Shown one piece after another: positions 24,449 through 37,756 of a stretch of DNA of 64,000 nucleotides; positions within the stretch are counted from its first letter, which is position 1, and each line of letters opens with the position of its first letter. The stretch is from the NCBI GenBank assembly GCA_038087875.1, contig CM075995.1:10976001-11040000 (forward strand), read 5' to 3'. The stretch comes from Malacoraja senta. Its lineage: Eukaryota. The notes beneath the pieces are model-generated. The model worked only from the letters and a program-made list of their open reading frames with translations. It did not search any database and was not told the DNA's origin. A program made the position numbers and the translations under genes.

Positions 24449-27400
24449 GGCGTCTGTGGAAAAAATCCCATAGACCCACAGTAAACGGACCTGGAAATAG
24501 TTAAAAATGTTTTACTTACCTTGTAGTTGTAAAAACTACAAACCACTGGAGGAGCTCCGCTCCTCACGTTCGTTTGCGTCAAGGCGTCTGACGTAATGAC
24601 GCGCAGGCGCACTGACGGGCTTCTTCACGTAGTCACTCACGTGACTCCGAAGTAAAATATAGCAGATGTTAGGAGAATTGTTAATCCAACTGGCAGGGAA
24701 TACTCGTTTTATTCAATGGTACATAACACATACTCACGTATATATTACTTCCTGCTGGATACAAAATTAATCCCTCAAACATTTAACCCAACATACCATA
24801 CAAATTCGATTTCAGACCATTCTCCACTAACTTTCTTTTTAAAACTGGAAGGAATGTTTAAGAATAAATCGTTTTGGAGATTTAATTCTCAAATTCTAAA
24901 AGATCCACAAGCGAGTATATATTTAAAAGAACAAATGGATGCCTTTTTTCAAATAAATGATACTCCAGATATATCGTCTACTGTATTATGGGAATCTTTT
25001 AAAGCATACATTAGGGGTATTATAATTTCATATCAAGCTTTTCAAAATAAAAAGAATAAGAATGAACAAAGACAGTTAGAAGAACTTATTAGACAAATGG
25101 ATATAGATAATGCTAAAGATCCATCAATAGATAAACATAATAAAATAATAATTTTGAAATTTTAATTAAATAAATTATTATCTGCCAAACTTATAAGACT
25201 TTTTCAAATTACAAAACAAGAGCACTTTGAATTTGGGGATAAACCGCATAAACTTTTGGCTCGCCAGCTAAAAAAATGAGAAAAGGAACATACTATCCCA
25301 AAGATTAAATCAGATAAAGGGGAAATATTAACAACACCGAAGGATATTAATAAAAGATTTGCGCAATTTTATGAGAATTTGTATACATCTAAAACGACAA
25401 TTGATTCCAATAATATCACAATGTTTTTGGATAATTGTAATCTTCCAAAGTTAGAGCTGCAGGAACAAGAGGAATTGGGTGCACAAATTTCAATTAAGGA
25501 ATTAGAAGATACAATAAACTCATTAAAGAATGGAAAAACACCAGGTCCTGATGGATTTACTAAAGAATTTTATAAAAGCTTTTATGATAAAATAATACCA
25601 AGATTACAAAAAATGTACCAATATGCTTTTAAAAAACAAATACTACCTGATACATTAGCGGAATCAACGATTACACTAATACTTAAGAAAGACAACGATT
25701 TAGAAGAACCGGGTTCATATAGAGCTATAGCATTGTTAAACACAGATCAAAAAATATTAGCGAAAACATTAGCTAGAAGATTAAGTAAATACATTAGTAA
25801 ATTAATAAACCCAGATCAGACGGGGTTTATCCCTAAGATTTTCTCATCTAACAATATAAAACGTTTACTCAACATAATGCACTCACACAAATCTGAAGAT
25901 CAAGAATTATCAATTATTTCGCTGGATGCTGAAAAAGCATTTGACCAAGTAGAATGGAATTATATGGATAAAGTATTACAAAAATTCCAACTGGGAGAGA
26001 ATTTTATTCTATGGATCAAATTACTATATAATAAACGTACAGCTAGAATATTAACTAATAACATATTATCCTCGAAATTCCAACTATCAAGGGGAAATAG
26101 ACAAGGATGCTCATTATCACCACAGCTGTTTGCTCTCATTATTGAACCGCTAGCAGAAAAAATTAGAATACACCCTGATATCCATGGATATAATACTAAA
26201 GATTCATATAATAAAATATCTTTATACGCGGATGATATATTACTGTACATTACAAAACCTCAAATCACTATACCAAATATATTAAATTTAATTGAAGACT
26301 TTGGATCTTTTTGTGGATATAGAATAAATTGGAATAAAAGCGAAATTATGTCAATAAAACCGAAAGATTCAACACATCTTTTAAAATTCCCTTTTAAAAT
26401 AGCTACAGAAACATTCAAATACTTGGGAATCGAAATTACTAGAACATATCAAGGTATGTTTAAGGCAAATTTTGATCCCCTACTTAATAAATTAAACACA
26501 CTAATTAAATTCTGGAAAACGCTCCCGATGTCTTTAATAGGCCGAATAAATGCAATAAAAATGATCTTTCTACCACAAATTTTATACCAATTTCAATCGA
26601 TTCCTATATACTTACCAAAGAAGTTAAAAAAAAAACTCGACTCTGATATCGCTAATTTTATATGGGACTATAAATCACATAGAATACAAAAAACTCACCT
26701 GAATAAACCTAAAGCATTAGGGGGTTTACCACTGCCTAATTTTATGTATTATTATTGGTCAGTAAATATTAAAAATATGATTCAACTGATGGATAACTCT
26801 GCCCAGCAAGTGGACTGGATTGTAATGGAGAGAGAGGATTGCTCCTCTGGAAACATTGGAGCGATCCTCCTCTCTCCAATGAAACTGAATAATATAAATT
26901 ATAATAAGAACCCAATTATTCATAGCACAATCCGAATTTGGAAACAAATAAAACAAAATTTAAAATTAAGAAATTTATCACTTTTATTACCCATAGTTAA
27001 TAACCCTTCATTTAATCCCTCTATTATAGATAAAGCTTTTACACATTGGGATAGACTAGGAATTAAAACGTTCGGTGACTTGTATGAAACTGGAAAATTA
27101 CTTTCATTTCAACAATTACAAATAAAATATAAACTCGGAAATAATCAATATTTTAAATATTTTCAAATATGCGACTATTTGAAAAAATATACAAAAGATC
27201 ATTATAATAACCCAGCAGATGTATTGGATGAGGCAATGCAGATAAAAGCTGAATCAGCAAACTTAATATCATATTTGTATAATATTATCTTAAATGTAGA
27301 AATACCATCTACGGAGGGTATCAGAAGAGACTGGGAACAAGAGTTAGCTATTAACATTTCAAAGGAAAGTTGGAATGAACACTTATTAAATGTGCATAAA

Positions 27401-27984
27401 TGTTCGATTAATGTAAGACACACTTTAATACAATTTTAAATTTTACATAGATTATATTATTCCAAAACTAAAATCCATAAAATGTTCCCAAATGTATCAT
27501 CTATTTGTGATAAATGTAAATCCCAAGAAGCTACTCTAGCGCACTCATTTGTTTTCTGTACAAAAATTCAAAAATTTTGGAATGAAATTTTCGAAATCTT
27601 TACAAAATTATTTAAAATAAAACTGATACCCAAAGCAGAATGGATTATCTTCGGAATAACGGAAGATGGTCCAGAACTAAATGTGTTTCAAAAGAAACTA
27701 ATAGACTATGGGTTAATAACTGGAAAAAAGCTAATCCTAAAATTTTGGAAGAAGGCTCCAATACCAACTCTAAACATGTGGATTTCAAATATGTTCGAAA
27801 CATTACACCTAGAAGAGATAAGACTCCTCCTGGCAGGTAAACCAGATCACTTCCACCTGACGTGGTCTGCATTTATAGAATTATTACAAATATAGGGTGC
27901 AAAGGTACCTTAAAAAAATTGAGGTCAGGTAATGGAGGATGATAGTTGAAGAGTTGGTATGTCCCATTTGCGTAATGCTCATAT

Positions 27985-30849
27985 ATAACCATATAACAAT
28001 TACAGCACGGAAACAGGCCATCTCGACCCTTCTAGTCCGTGCCAAACACGTATTCTCCCCTAGTCCCATATACCTGCGCTCAGACCATAACCCTCCATGC
28101 CTTTCCCGTCCATATAACTATCCAATTTATTTTTAAATGATAAAAACGACCCTGCCTCCACCACCTTCACTGGGAGCTCATTCCACACAGCCACCACTCT
28201 CTGAGTAAAGAAGTTCCCCCTCATGTTACCCCTAAACTTCTGTCCCTTAATTCTCAAGTCATGTCCCCTTGTTTGAATCTTCCCTACTCTCAGTGGGAAA
28301 AGCTTATCCACGTCAACTCTGTCTATCCCTCTCATCATTTTAAAGACCTCTATCAAGTCCCCCCTTAACATTCTGTGCTCCAAAGAATAAAGCCCTAACT
28401 TGTTCAACCTTTCTCTGTAACTTAGTTGTTGAAACCCAGGCAACATTCTAGTAAATCGCCTCTGTACTCTCTCTATTTTGTTGACATCCTTCCTATAATT
28501 AGGCGACCAAAATTGTACACCATACTCCAGAATTGGCCTCACCAATGCCTTGTACAATTTTAACATTACATCCCAACTTCTATACTCAATGCTCTGATTT
28601 ATAAAAGCCAGCACACCAAAAGCTTTCTTTACCACCCTATCTACATGAGATTCCACTTTCAGGGAACTGTGCACAGTTATTCCAAGATCCCTCTGTTCAC
28701 CTGCATTCTTCAATTCCCTACCATTTACCATGTACGTCCTATTTTGATTTGTCCTGCCAAGATGTAGCACCTCACACTTATCAGCATTAAACTCCATCTG
28801 CCATCTTTCAGCCCACTCTTCCAACCGGCATAAATCTCTCTGTAGACTTTGAAAATCTACTGCATTATCCATAGCCCCACCTACCTTAGTATCATCTGCA
28901 TACTTACTAATCCAATTTACCACACCATCATCCAGATCATTGATGTACATGACAAACAACAGTGGACCCAACACAGATCCCTGTGGCACGCCACTAGTCA
29001 CTGGCCTCCAACCTGACAAACACCCATCCACCATTACTCTCTGGCATCTCCCATTCAGCCACTGTTGAATCCATCTTGCTACTCCACCACTAATACCCAA
29101 CCATTGAACCTTCTTAACCAACCTTCCGTGAGGAACCTTGTCAAAGGCCTTACTGAAGTCCATATATACAACATCCACGGCTTTACCCTCACCAATTTCC
29201 CGAGGAACCTCTTCAAAAAATTCAAGAAGATTAGTCAAACATGACCTTCCAGGCACAAATCCATGTTGACTGTTCCTAATCAGCCCCTGTTTATCCAGAT
29301 GCTTATATACATTATCTCTTAGTATCCTTTCCATTAATTTGCCCACCACTGACGTCAAACTAACAGGTCTATAATTGCTAGGTTTACTCTTAGACCCCTT
29401 TTTAAACAATGGAACAACATGCGCAGTACGCCAATCCTCCGGCACTATTGCTGTTTCCAATGACATTTGAAATATTTCTGTCATAGCCCCTGCTATTTCT
29501 ACACTAACTTCCCTCAATGTCCTAGGTAATATCCTGTCCGGACCTGGAGACTTATCCACTTTTATATTTCTCAAAAGTGTCAGTACTGCCTCTTCTTTGA
29601 ATCTCATAGTTTCCATAGCTACTCTACTTGTTTCCCTTAACTCACATAATTCAATATCCTTCTCCTTGGTGAATACCGAAGAAAAGAAATTGTTCAATAT
29701 CTCCGCCATCTCTTTTGGCTCTGCAGATACCTGTCCACTCTGACTCTCTAATGGACCAATTTTATCCCTCGTTATCCTTTTGCTATTAATATAGCTGTAG
29801 AAACCCTTTGGATTTACTTTCACCTTCATTGCCAAAGCAACCTCATATCTTCTTTTAGCTTTTCTAATTTCTTTCTTAAGACTCTTTTTACATTTTTTAT
29901 ACTCCTCATGCACCTCATTTACTCCATGCTGCCTATAATTATGGTAGATCTCTCTCTTTTTCCGAACTGTGTCCAATTTCCCTTGAAAACCAAGGCTCTT
30001 TCCAATTCAACCGAACAGGGACATAAAGATTCTGTACTCTTAAAATTTCACCTTTAAATGTCCTCCATTTCTCTTCCACATCTTTCCCATAAAACAAACT
30101 GTCCCAATTTACTCCTTTTAAATCCTTTCGCATCTCCTCAGTTAGCCTTTCTCCAATCAAAAATCTCAACCCTAGCTCCAGTTCTGACCCTCTCCATAAT
30201 TATATTGAAACTAATGGTATTGTGATCACTGGTCCCGAACTGTTCCCCAACGCATACCTCTGCCACCTGACCCGTCTCATTTCCTAACAGGAGGTCCAGC
30301 ACCGCCCCTTCTCTAGTAGGTACTTCTATGTATTGCTGCACAAAACTATCCTGCACACATTTTACAAACTCCAACCCATCCAGCCCATTTACACAATGTG
30401 TTTCCCAGTCTATGTGTGGAAAATTGAAATCTCACACAATCACTACCTTGTGCTTACTACTAATATCTGCAATCTCCTTACATATTTGCTCTTCCAATTC
30501 TCGCTCCCCATTTGGCGGTCTATAATACACCCCTATGAGTGTTGCTACACCTTTCCATTTCTCAGTTCCACCCAAATAGCCTCCCTAGAAGAGCCCTCTA
30601 ATCTATCCTGCCAAAGCACTGCTGTAATATCTTCCCTGATAAGCAATGCAACACCTCCACCTCTTGCCCCTCCAATTCTATCACACCTGAAGCAACGAAA
30701 TCCTGGAATATTTAGTTTCCAATCACAGCCCTCCTGCAACCATGTTTCACTGATCGCCACAACATCATACTTCCAAGTGTCAATCCAGGCTTTAAGTTCA
30801 TCCACCCTTCTTACAATGCTCCTAGCATTAAAATATACACATTTAAGAA
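27985..30849 (-). mobile_element. CR1 LINE (ORF2 APE+RT, 5'-truncated) in L1 3' UTR
   Basis: 638-aa ORF 28060-29976 (YMDFSKAFD, GVPQGSVLGP, KYADD). APE fragments VVAISETWL and SDHN. (tatatggt)n tail. Possible TSD atat. Confidence 0.93.
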
Positions 30850-31152
30850 ATATTTGTTTCTCTCTTTTTCCTCTTTCTCTTTCTCCTTCTTTTCTAGGGT
30901 CTATCTCTTAACTCTTTTTCGTTTGTTTTTAATTTTGTTCTTATAGGGTCTTCGTCCTTTTGTGTTGTCACATTTTCTACACTCACTTTTTCCTTCACTT
31001 TCTTCTTTCTTTCAATCTTATTATTTCCTATTACTAGTGTAAAAAACAAATGGAGTACATTAATTGTAAGAAGACATAAGTGACGAGTACTAATGTATGT
31101 GGTTGTAATGTAATGTACTTCTAATAAATAAAAATTAAAAAGAGTTTTATTG

Positions 31153-31955
31153 CCATGTGTGCCAGATAGGACAATGACATTCTTGCTTGCTGCTGCACAA
31201 CAGATTATTTTAGGCATAAATACAGATCAGATCAGTGTGTCCATATACCATAGAATATATATATATATACACACATAAATAAATCGATAAAGTGCAATAG
31301 GCTGTTATAGTTCAGAGTTTGTTTGAAGTTGTGTTTAATAGTCTGATGGCTGTGGGGAAGTAGCTGTTCCTGAACCTGGATGTTGCAGATTTCAGGCTCC
31401 TGTACCTTCCACCTGATGGCAGCAGTGAGATGAGTGTGTGGCCAGGATGGTGTGGGTCCTTGATGATGCTGGCAGCCTTTTTGAGGCAGCGACTGCGATA
31501 GATCCCATCGATGGTAGGGAGGTCAGAGCCGATGATAGACTGGGCAGTGTTTACAACTTTTTGCAGCCTTTTCCGCTCCTGGACGCTCAGGTTGCCGTAC
31601 CAAGCCATGATGCAACCGGTCGAATTGCTCTTTACTGTGCACCTGTAGAAGTTCGAGAGAGTCCTCCTTGACATACCGACTCTCCTTAATCTTCTCAGGA
31701 AGTAGAGGTGCTGATGTGCTTACTTTATGATTGCATCAGTGTTCTGTGACCAGGAGAGATCTTCGGAAATATGCATGCCCAGGAATTTGAAGTTCTTGAC
31801 CCTTTCCACCATTGACCCGCTGATATAAACGGGACTGTGGGTCCCCATCCTACCCCTTCTGATGTCCACAATCAGTTCCTTGGTTTTGCTGGTGTTGAGA
31901 GCCAGGTTATTGTGCTGGCACCATTTGGTTAATCGGTTGATCTCACTTCTATACT
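31153..31955 (-). mobile_element. Rex1/Babar LINE 3' fragment
   Basis: LSNFYRCTV..AWYGN..LQKVVNTAQSIIG..IIKDPHHPGH..LLPSGGRYRS..RFRNSYFPTAIRLLN. Confidence 0.9.
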
Positions 31956-32186
31956 ATAATGTTCCCAATGTTGGGCGAGTCCAAAACCAGGGGCCACAGT
32001 CTTAGAATAAAGGGGAGGCCATTTAAGACTGAGGTGAGAAAAAACGTTTTCACCCAGAGAGTTGTGAATTTGTGGAATTCCCTGCCAAAGAGGGCAGTGG
32101 AGGCCAAATCACTAGATGGATTTAAGAGAGAGTTAGATAGAGCTCTAGGGGCTAGTGGAATCAAGGGATATGGGGAGAAGGCAGGC
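31956..32186 (+). mobile_element. CR1 3' fragment
   Basis: MFPMLGESKTRGHSLRIKG..FTQRVVNLWNSLP. Confidence 0.85.
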
Positions 32187-32189
32187 AAA

Positions 32190-32854
32190 AAATCTGTTAA
32201 TTGGAAATTGCGATTTTCGAGAGATAGATTGAAATAGGACACGAAAGAGTTTAAGTAAAGCCTTGACCGAGACTGAACAGGAATGAGTTAAGGTATTCCC
32301 GGCCATTCTGACGGTTCAGAACTACCCCAGCGAACGAGAAAGAGTTAACACATTTGAACTGAAAGAAGGACAAGCTATGAAACGATGAATTAATCACCTA
32401 CGCACAGCAATTAACCTGAATCTTGTCAGTCTTACATCCACAAGTATTGGAAACGGAGGAACCACTATCAGCTTACCATAACGGCGAATCCTTACAACCA
32501 GGAGACTATGTACTAATAAGAAACTGGGAAAACAGTGGAAGAGGCCTTTTCAAGCACCACTGACTACACCGACAGCAATGAAGGTAGAAAATCATCCTTG
32601 TTGGATACACCTAACCGATTACAAAAGACTTGGAAACTGGAAAAAGGACAATAAAATTAATAACTCTCCACAGTGTCCTGGGAATGGCCCTGGTGGCCTG
32701 GACTATATCTTTTTGTCTATGAGCTATGATTGCCATTACATTTAATAGAACTCAAGGACTAACCTATATATATATATGGGGAATTCTCCAAATTCTGGTC
32801 TCATGTTTTTTCCAACCTGGTTTAAATGGGGGAGTGTACCATCCTTTTAAATTG

Positions 32855-32909
<55 letters not shown>

Positions 32910-33330
32910 TATACATTTTTGAGAATTTGGAGAATTCCCAAACTGAGACTAGTAAGCAATCCCCGTATACCAGTAAATGGCACTTGTTATTGTAACAACC
33001 CAGGGAAAGGAGTATATTTGGGAAACAGCCCATGCACCACAATCTCTTCTCTGAGACGAGCACAGTAAATGTAACACACCTTGTATGTGGGTTTTGGGCA
33101 TACCCTTGGCTGCCAGGGATGCCGCCGGGAAACGACAGCATTTGGGATATGAAGGTAGAAATTATTATATGAAATTCAACTAGCAACTTTCACACAGAAT
33201 ACAGTGAAGTCGCAGCTGAAAGGAAAACAGACTTTCCTATCTGATTAGAATATTGGGTTTGTGCCATATCCCGATGCATGCTGAAGAAGGTATACCTTTG
33301 CAAGAACAAGGACTGGTTACAATCGAACAC
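32190..33330 (+). mobile_element. Degenerate endogenous retrovirus remnant (integrase C-terminus plus possible env start)
   Basis: Hand translation of ~32490-32630: LQPGDYVLIRNW / QWKRPFQAPLTTPTAMKVENHPCWIHL (retroviral IN C-terminus). Later CGFWAYPWLP and WVC/HIPMHAEEGIP look env-like. Confidence 0.6.
32856..32913. repeat. (TA)n microsatellite
   Basis: Direct read. Confidence 0.95.
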
Positions 33331-33336
33331 ATATAG

Positions 33337-35740
33337 TTAATAGACAATGGGTGCAGGAGTAGTCCATTCGGCCCTTCGAGCCAACACCGCCATTCAATGT
33401 AATCATGGCTGATCATCCACAATCAGTACCCCGTACCTGCCTTCTCCCCATATCCCCTGACCCCGCTATCTTTAAGAGCCTGATGTAGATCTCTCTTGAA
33501 AGTATCCAGAGAACCGGCCTCCACTGCCCTCTGAGGCAGAAAATTCCACAGACTCACAACTCACTGTGAGAAAAAAGTGTTTCCTCGTCTCCGTTCTAAA
33601 TGGCTTACCCCTTACTCTTAAAATGTGGCCCCTGGGTCTGGACTCCCCCAACATCGGCATGGCAGACTATTATCTAAATGGTGGCCGATTAGGAAATGGG
33701 GAGATGCAGCGAGACCTGGGTGTCATGGTACACCAGTCATTGAAAGTAGGCATGCAGGTGCAGCAGGCAGTGAAGAAAGCGAATGGTATGTTGGCCGTCA
33801 TAGCAAGTGGATTTGAATATAGGAGCAGGGAGGTTCTACTGCAGTTGTACAGGGTCTTGGTGAGACCACACCTGGAGTATTGCGTACAGTTTTGGTCTCC
33901 AAATCTGAGGAAGGACATTATAGCCATAGAGGGAGTGCAGAGAAGGTTCACCAGACTGATTCCTGGGATGTCAGGACTTTCATATGAAGAAAGACTGGAT
34001 AGACTTGGCTTATACTCGCTATAATTTAGGAGATTGAGAGGGGATCTTATAGAAACGTACAAAATTCTTATGGGGTTGGACAGGCTAGATGCAGGAAGAT
34101 TGTTCCCGATGTTGGGGAAGTCCAGGACAAGGGGTGACAGCTTAAGGATAAGGGGGAAATCCTTTAAGACCGAGATGAGGAAAAACGTTTTCACACAGAG
34201 TGGTGAATCTCTGGAACTCTCTGCCACAGAGGGTAGTTGAGGCCAGTTCATTGGCTATATTTAAGAGGGAGTTAGATGTGGCCCTTGTGGCTAAAGGGAT
34301 CAGGGGGTATGGAGAGAAGAGTACGGGATACTGAGTTGGATGATCAGCCATGATCATACTCCTGCACCTATTTTCTATGTATCTATGTAACATGTTTCCT
34401 GCCTCTAGCGTGTCCAAACCCTTAACAATCTTATATGTTTCAATAAGATAGCCTCTCATCCTCCTAAACTCCAGAGCATACAAGCCCAGCCGCTCGATTC
34501 TCTCAGCATATGACAGTCCCGCCATCCCAGGAATTAACCTTGTAAACCTACGCTGCAGTCCCTCAATAGCAAGAATGTCCTTCCACAAATTAGGGGACCA
34601 AAACTGCACACAATACTCCAGGTGTGGTCTCACTAGGGTCATATACAACTGCAGAAGGACCTCTTTGCTCCTATACTCAACTCCTCTTGTTATAAAGGCC
34701 AACATGCCATTCGCTTTCTTCACTGCCAGCTGTACCTGTATGCTTAATTTCATTGACTGATGAACAAGGACCCCCCAGACCCCGTTGTACTTCCCCTTTT
34801 CGCAACTTGACACCATTTAGATAGTAACCTGCCTTCCTGTTTTTGCTACCAAAGTGGATAACCTCACATGTATCCACATTAAACTGCATCTGCCATGCAT
34901 CTGTCCACTCACCCAACATGTCCAAGTCCCCCCGCATTCTCATAGCATCCTCCTCACAGTGCCACCCAGCTTTGTGTCATCTGCAAATTTGCTGACGTTA
35001 GTTGTAATCCCTTCATCTAAATCATTAATATATATTGTAAATTGCTGCGGTCCCAGCACCGTGCTTTGCGGTATGCCTTGCGGTATCCCACTAGTCACTG
35101 CCTGCCATTCTGAAAGGGACCCGTTAATGCCTACACTTTGTTTCCTGTCTGCCAACCAATTTTCTATCCATGTCAGCACTCTACCCCCAATACCATGTGC
35201 CCTAATTTTGCACACTAATATCCTATGTGGGACCTTATCTAATACTTTCTGAAAGTCCAGGTACACTACATCCACTGGCTCTCCCTTGTCCATTTTCCTA
35301 TTTACATCCTCAAAAAAATCAAGAAGGTTAGTCAAGCATGATTTCCCCTTCGTAAATCCATGCTGACTCGGACCGATCCTGTTACTGCTATCCAAATGTG
35401 CCGCTATTTCATCTTTTATGATTGACCAGCATCTTCCCCACCACTGATGTCAGGCTAACGTCTATAATTCCCTGTTTTCTCTCTCCCGCCTTTCTTTAAA
35501 AAATCACCAATTAGCGAATTTACCGATTTGCTAATGAAATTCCTCAGCCAATCCCTGCACTCACTCCTTCACCTGCCGCTCCTCTGTCGACCTTAAGGTA
35601 TGTGTTGCAGGCTGGCCCCGACCGGTTTTTAAATCAGCCGCTCCAGAAAAAATACTGAAAACTTCCGCACAAGATTACCCCCTCAGCTAATCCCCGCACT
35701 CACTCCTTCACCTGCCGCTCCTCTGCCGACCTTGAAGCAT
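33337..35740 (-). mobile_element. CR1 (internally deleted), interrupted by an opposite-strand CR1
   Basis: 3' end at 33337-33656 continues at 34389. RT pieces run to ~35500. A ~57-bp direct repeat pair (35541, 35681) is probably 5' UTR. Confidence 0.8.
33657..34388 (+). mobile_element. CR1 3' fragment nested in CR1
   Basis: ADYYLNGGRLG..HLEYCVQFWSP. Tail ttctatgtatctatgt. Same subfamily as 40532-45020. Confidence 0.88.
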
Positions 35741-35761
35741 ACAATAGAATATAATAGAATG

Positions 35762-35890
35762 TGTCTGAAGAAGTGTCTCGACCCGACACGTCATCCATTT
35801 CTTCTCTCCAGAGATGCTGGCGATCCCGCTTACTCCAGCTTTTTGTGCCTATTTTCGTTTTAAACCAGCATCTGCAGTTCTTCCTACACA
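35762..35890 (+). repeat. Penelope-terminus-like short repeat (degenerate hammerhead core)
   Basis: ctgaagaagtgtctcgacccgacacgtc...ccagcatctgcagttc. Related copies at 37757, 39068 (-) and 60924. Confidence 0.6.
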
Positions 35891-35892
35891 GA

Positions 35893-36695
35893 ATGGAATA
35901 CTTTATTGTCACATGTGACAAGTCACAGTAAAATTATTTGCTTGTATACCTTGCCAAGGTATGCAAATAGTCGCCAACAAACGGCGCATACAAATTTGCA
36001 GACCCCCCCCCCCAGGCCCAGTTCCCCTTATTTTCTTGCCCCTTTCTCCATCTCTCACGGCGACGCCCCCCCCCCCTCGTCGGGTCCTCCATTGTCCTTG
36101 TTCTTCCCCCTCCCTCCCGGCGGTCACCCCCCATGTTGGATCCACATTGTCCATTGTTCTTCACGGCGGCCCACCCATGTTGGATCCCCATTGTCCATTG
36201 TCCACCCCCCACCCTAACGGCGGTCTCCCCAGGCCGGGTCCACGTCGCTCTTCTCCCACTCTCACGGAGGTTTTCCCACGCCGGGTCTTCCTTTGCTCCT
36301 TCGTTCTTCCTTCCGCGCTTGCGTCCTTACTTCCACGTGTCCGTCCTCGTTCGTCGGTCCGCGTCATCATCGACTGCTGCACCGACCTCTCCACAAAAAC
36401 TGAATCCCAGATGCCGTCTGCCCCGCTGAGTTACTCCAGTTTTTGTGTCCATCTCCACGACGCTGCCGGCTCCTCTCTGGACGCCTCCGTGGCGCGGACC
36501 CAGGACCCAACCGCATGGCTCCGTCGACCCGGGCACTGATGGCCGCGGGCGTCGTCGGTCCGCGAGGCTCTACATCCGACCGGCTCGGTTCCGGCCCGGC
36601 TCCCGAAGTTCCACCGCCGGACCGCGAGGCTCCACTGACCCGCGAGTTTCCGGCCCGCGAGGCCCTACCTCTACTCGCGAGGCTCGGGCCGCTTT
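35893..36695 (-). mobile_element. GC-rich non-coding element with Rex1-type 3' tail
   Basis: Minus-strand tail aattttacTGTGACttGTCACAtgtgacaataaagtattcc. CpG-rich body with an internal duplication (cccatgttggatcc.cattgtccattgt). Confidence 0.55.
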
Positions 36696-37644
36696 GATAT
36701 GTGGATGTCAGTGATTATACAGTATTGATTGTGATCATATTGTGTTGATAACCGTTTCACCTTATCATGTAATACGTGCGTTTGCAGTAGGCTACGCTGA
36801 CGACCACAAGTCACTTCTGATCATCGAGCAAACACAGCACACAAACACACACCCGTGCTTCACTCGGCACAGTCTGATCCAACCCACCTGCACAGTTTTA
36901 GTCCAGTCAGTCACACTCATTGTCTCAGGGTTGTTAATAGTCTCGATGTTACTTTCCTGCGAAATAATTTCTGTCTTGAGGACCGTTTAACTTCATGGTA
37001 GGTTTGACTTGCAAAGGACAAAATTAAAAGCAATGGCCGAGGCGGCAAAAATGGGAATTTTTCATGACGTATCCCGAGTTGTACCTGACTTGTTCAGACG
37101 TCACACAGCGGACATCTGCCATTCGTTGTCTGAGCCGCGCCTGGACTCTTCACTGATCCAGTCGCGTACAGTGGACACACAGTTTCATCACAGCTTGTCT
37201 CTTTTTTTGCATTCGATAGATTAATTGTTGACATTTCATCCCATTCTCCGCCGCGTCCTCTCCGTTCGTATTGCATTTACATTGATGTTCGGAGCTGCAG
37301 TATACAGGATAGCGCCAGTTTACATTTCCCTGGCACTTCTTCCAGATATTCAGATGCAGATTTCTGTATTTAAATTGACTCCCATTCTTCTCTAAGAATA
37401 TGTCGAGCGCTGCTGCTCTGACCCGATCCTGCCGTCCACGATCAGCACCAACGTCGGATTCGGTGGCGAATACGTTCTCCAGAATGTGTCTGTCTTAATC
37501 CGATGGAAACTCGTGGAAATCTTTCAGCAGCATCTATTTTCTTCCACAACAGGTAAACTACCAGGTATTTGCTGTTTCCATTTCTTTCACAACCCCCCTG
37601 CTGTTTTTCATGTTCCAAGTTTACTGGTAAACGTAGATGCGGTT

Positions 37645-37717
37645 GTTTATGTAGTGTAGCGGGTATCACGTTCGCCTCACACGCGAAAGGTCCCCAGTTC
37701 GATCCTGGGCAGAAACA
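37645..37717 (+). tRNA. tRNA-Val (CAC)
   Basis: 73 nt matching vertebrate Val-CAC. T arm CCCAG-TTCGATC-CTGGG. One A-G mismatch in the acceptor stem. TTTT at 37721-37724. Confidence 0.88.
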
Positions 37718-37756
37718 TAATTTTGGCCCCTACTCCAGACTATCAGGCAAGTGCAT

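Larger units (their letters stand above)
19875..24658 (-). mobile_element. DIRS1-type YR retrotransposon, copy 2 (structurally complete)
   Basis: ITRs 19950-19983 / 24597-24630. ICR ~20110-20220 is complementary to both termini. Order is gag, RT/RH, MT, YR. Inserted in L1 codons NTN|IAD at a shared aat. Confidence 0.95.
19323..27895 (+). pseudogene. L1 ORF2 (APE endonuclease-RT-Cys), split by DIRS
   Basis: SWNIRGIN, NIYAPN, GGDFN, SDHSP. The 686-aa ORF 25379-27439 has KTPGPDG, SLDAEKAFD, RQGCSLSP, LYADD. C-terminal CDKC..HSFVFC. Confidence 0.92.
17218..31140 (+). mobile_element. Full-length L1 LINE (inactivated; contains DIRS copy 2 and a CR1)
   Basis: Perfect 12-bp TSD agagttttattg (17206-17217, 31141-31152). 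5' end acttccggtggcgccatg. ORF1 and ORF2 remnants. aataaa/A-rich tail. Confidence 0.95.

Noticed and set aside
32726..33186. ORFs with YIYIYI runs
   Set aside because: These are translations of the (TA)n microsatellite.
35900..36714. Overlapping Pro/Arg/Gly-rich ORFs
   Set aside because: These are stop-poor GC-rich repeat frames with no recognisable domain.
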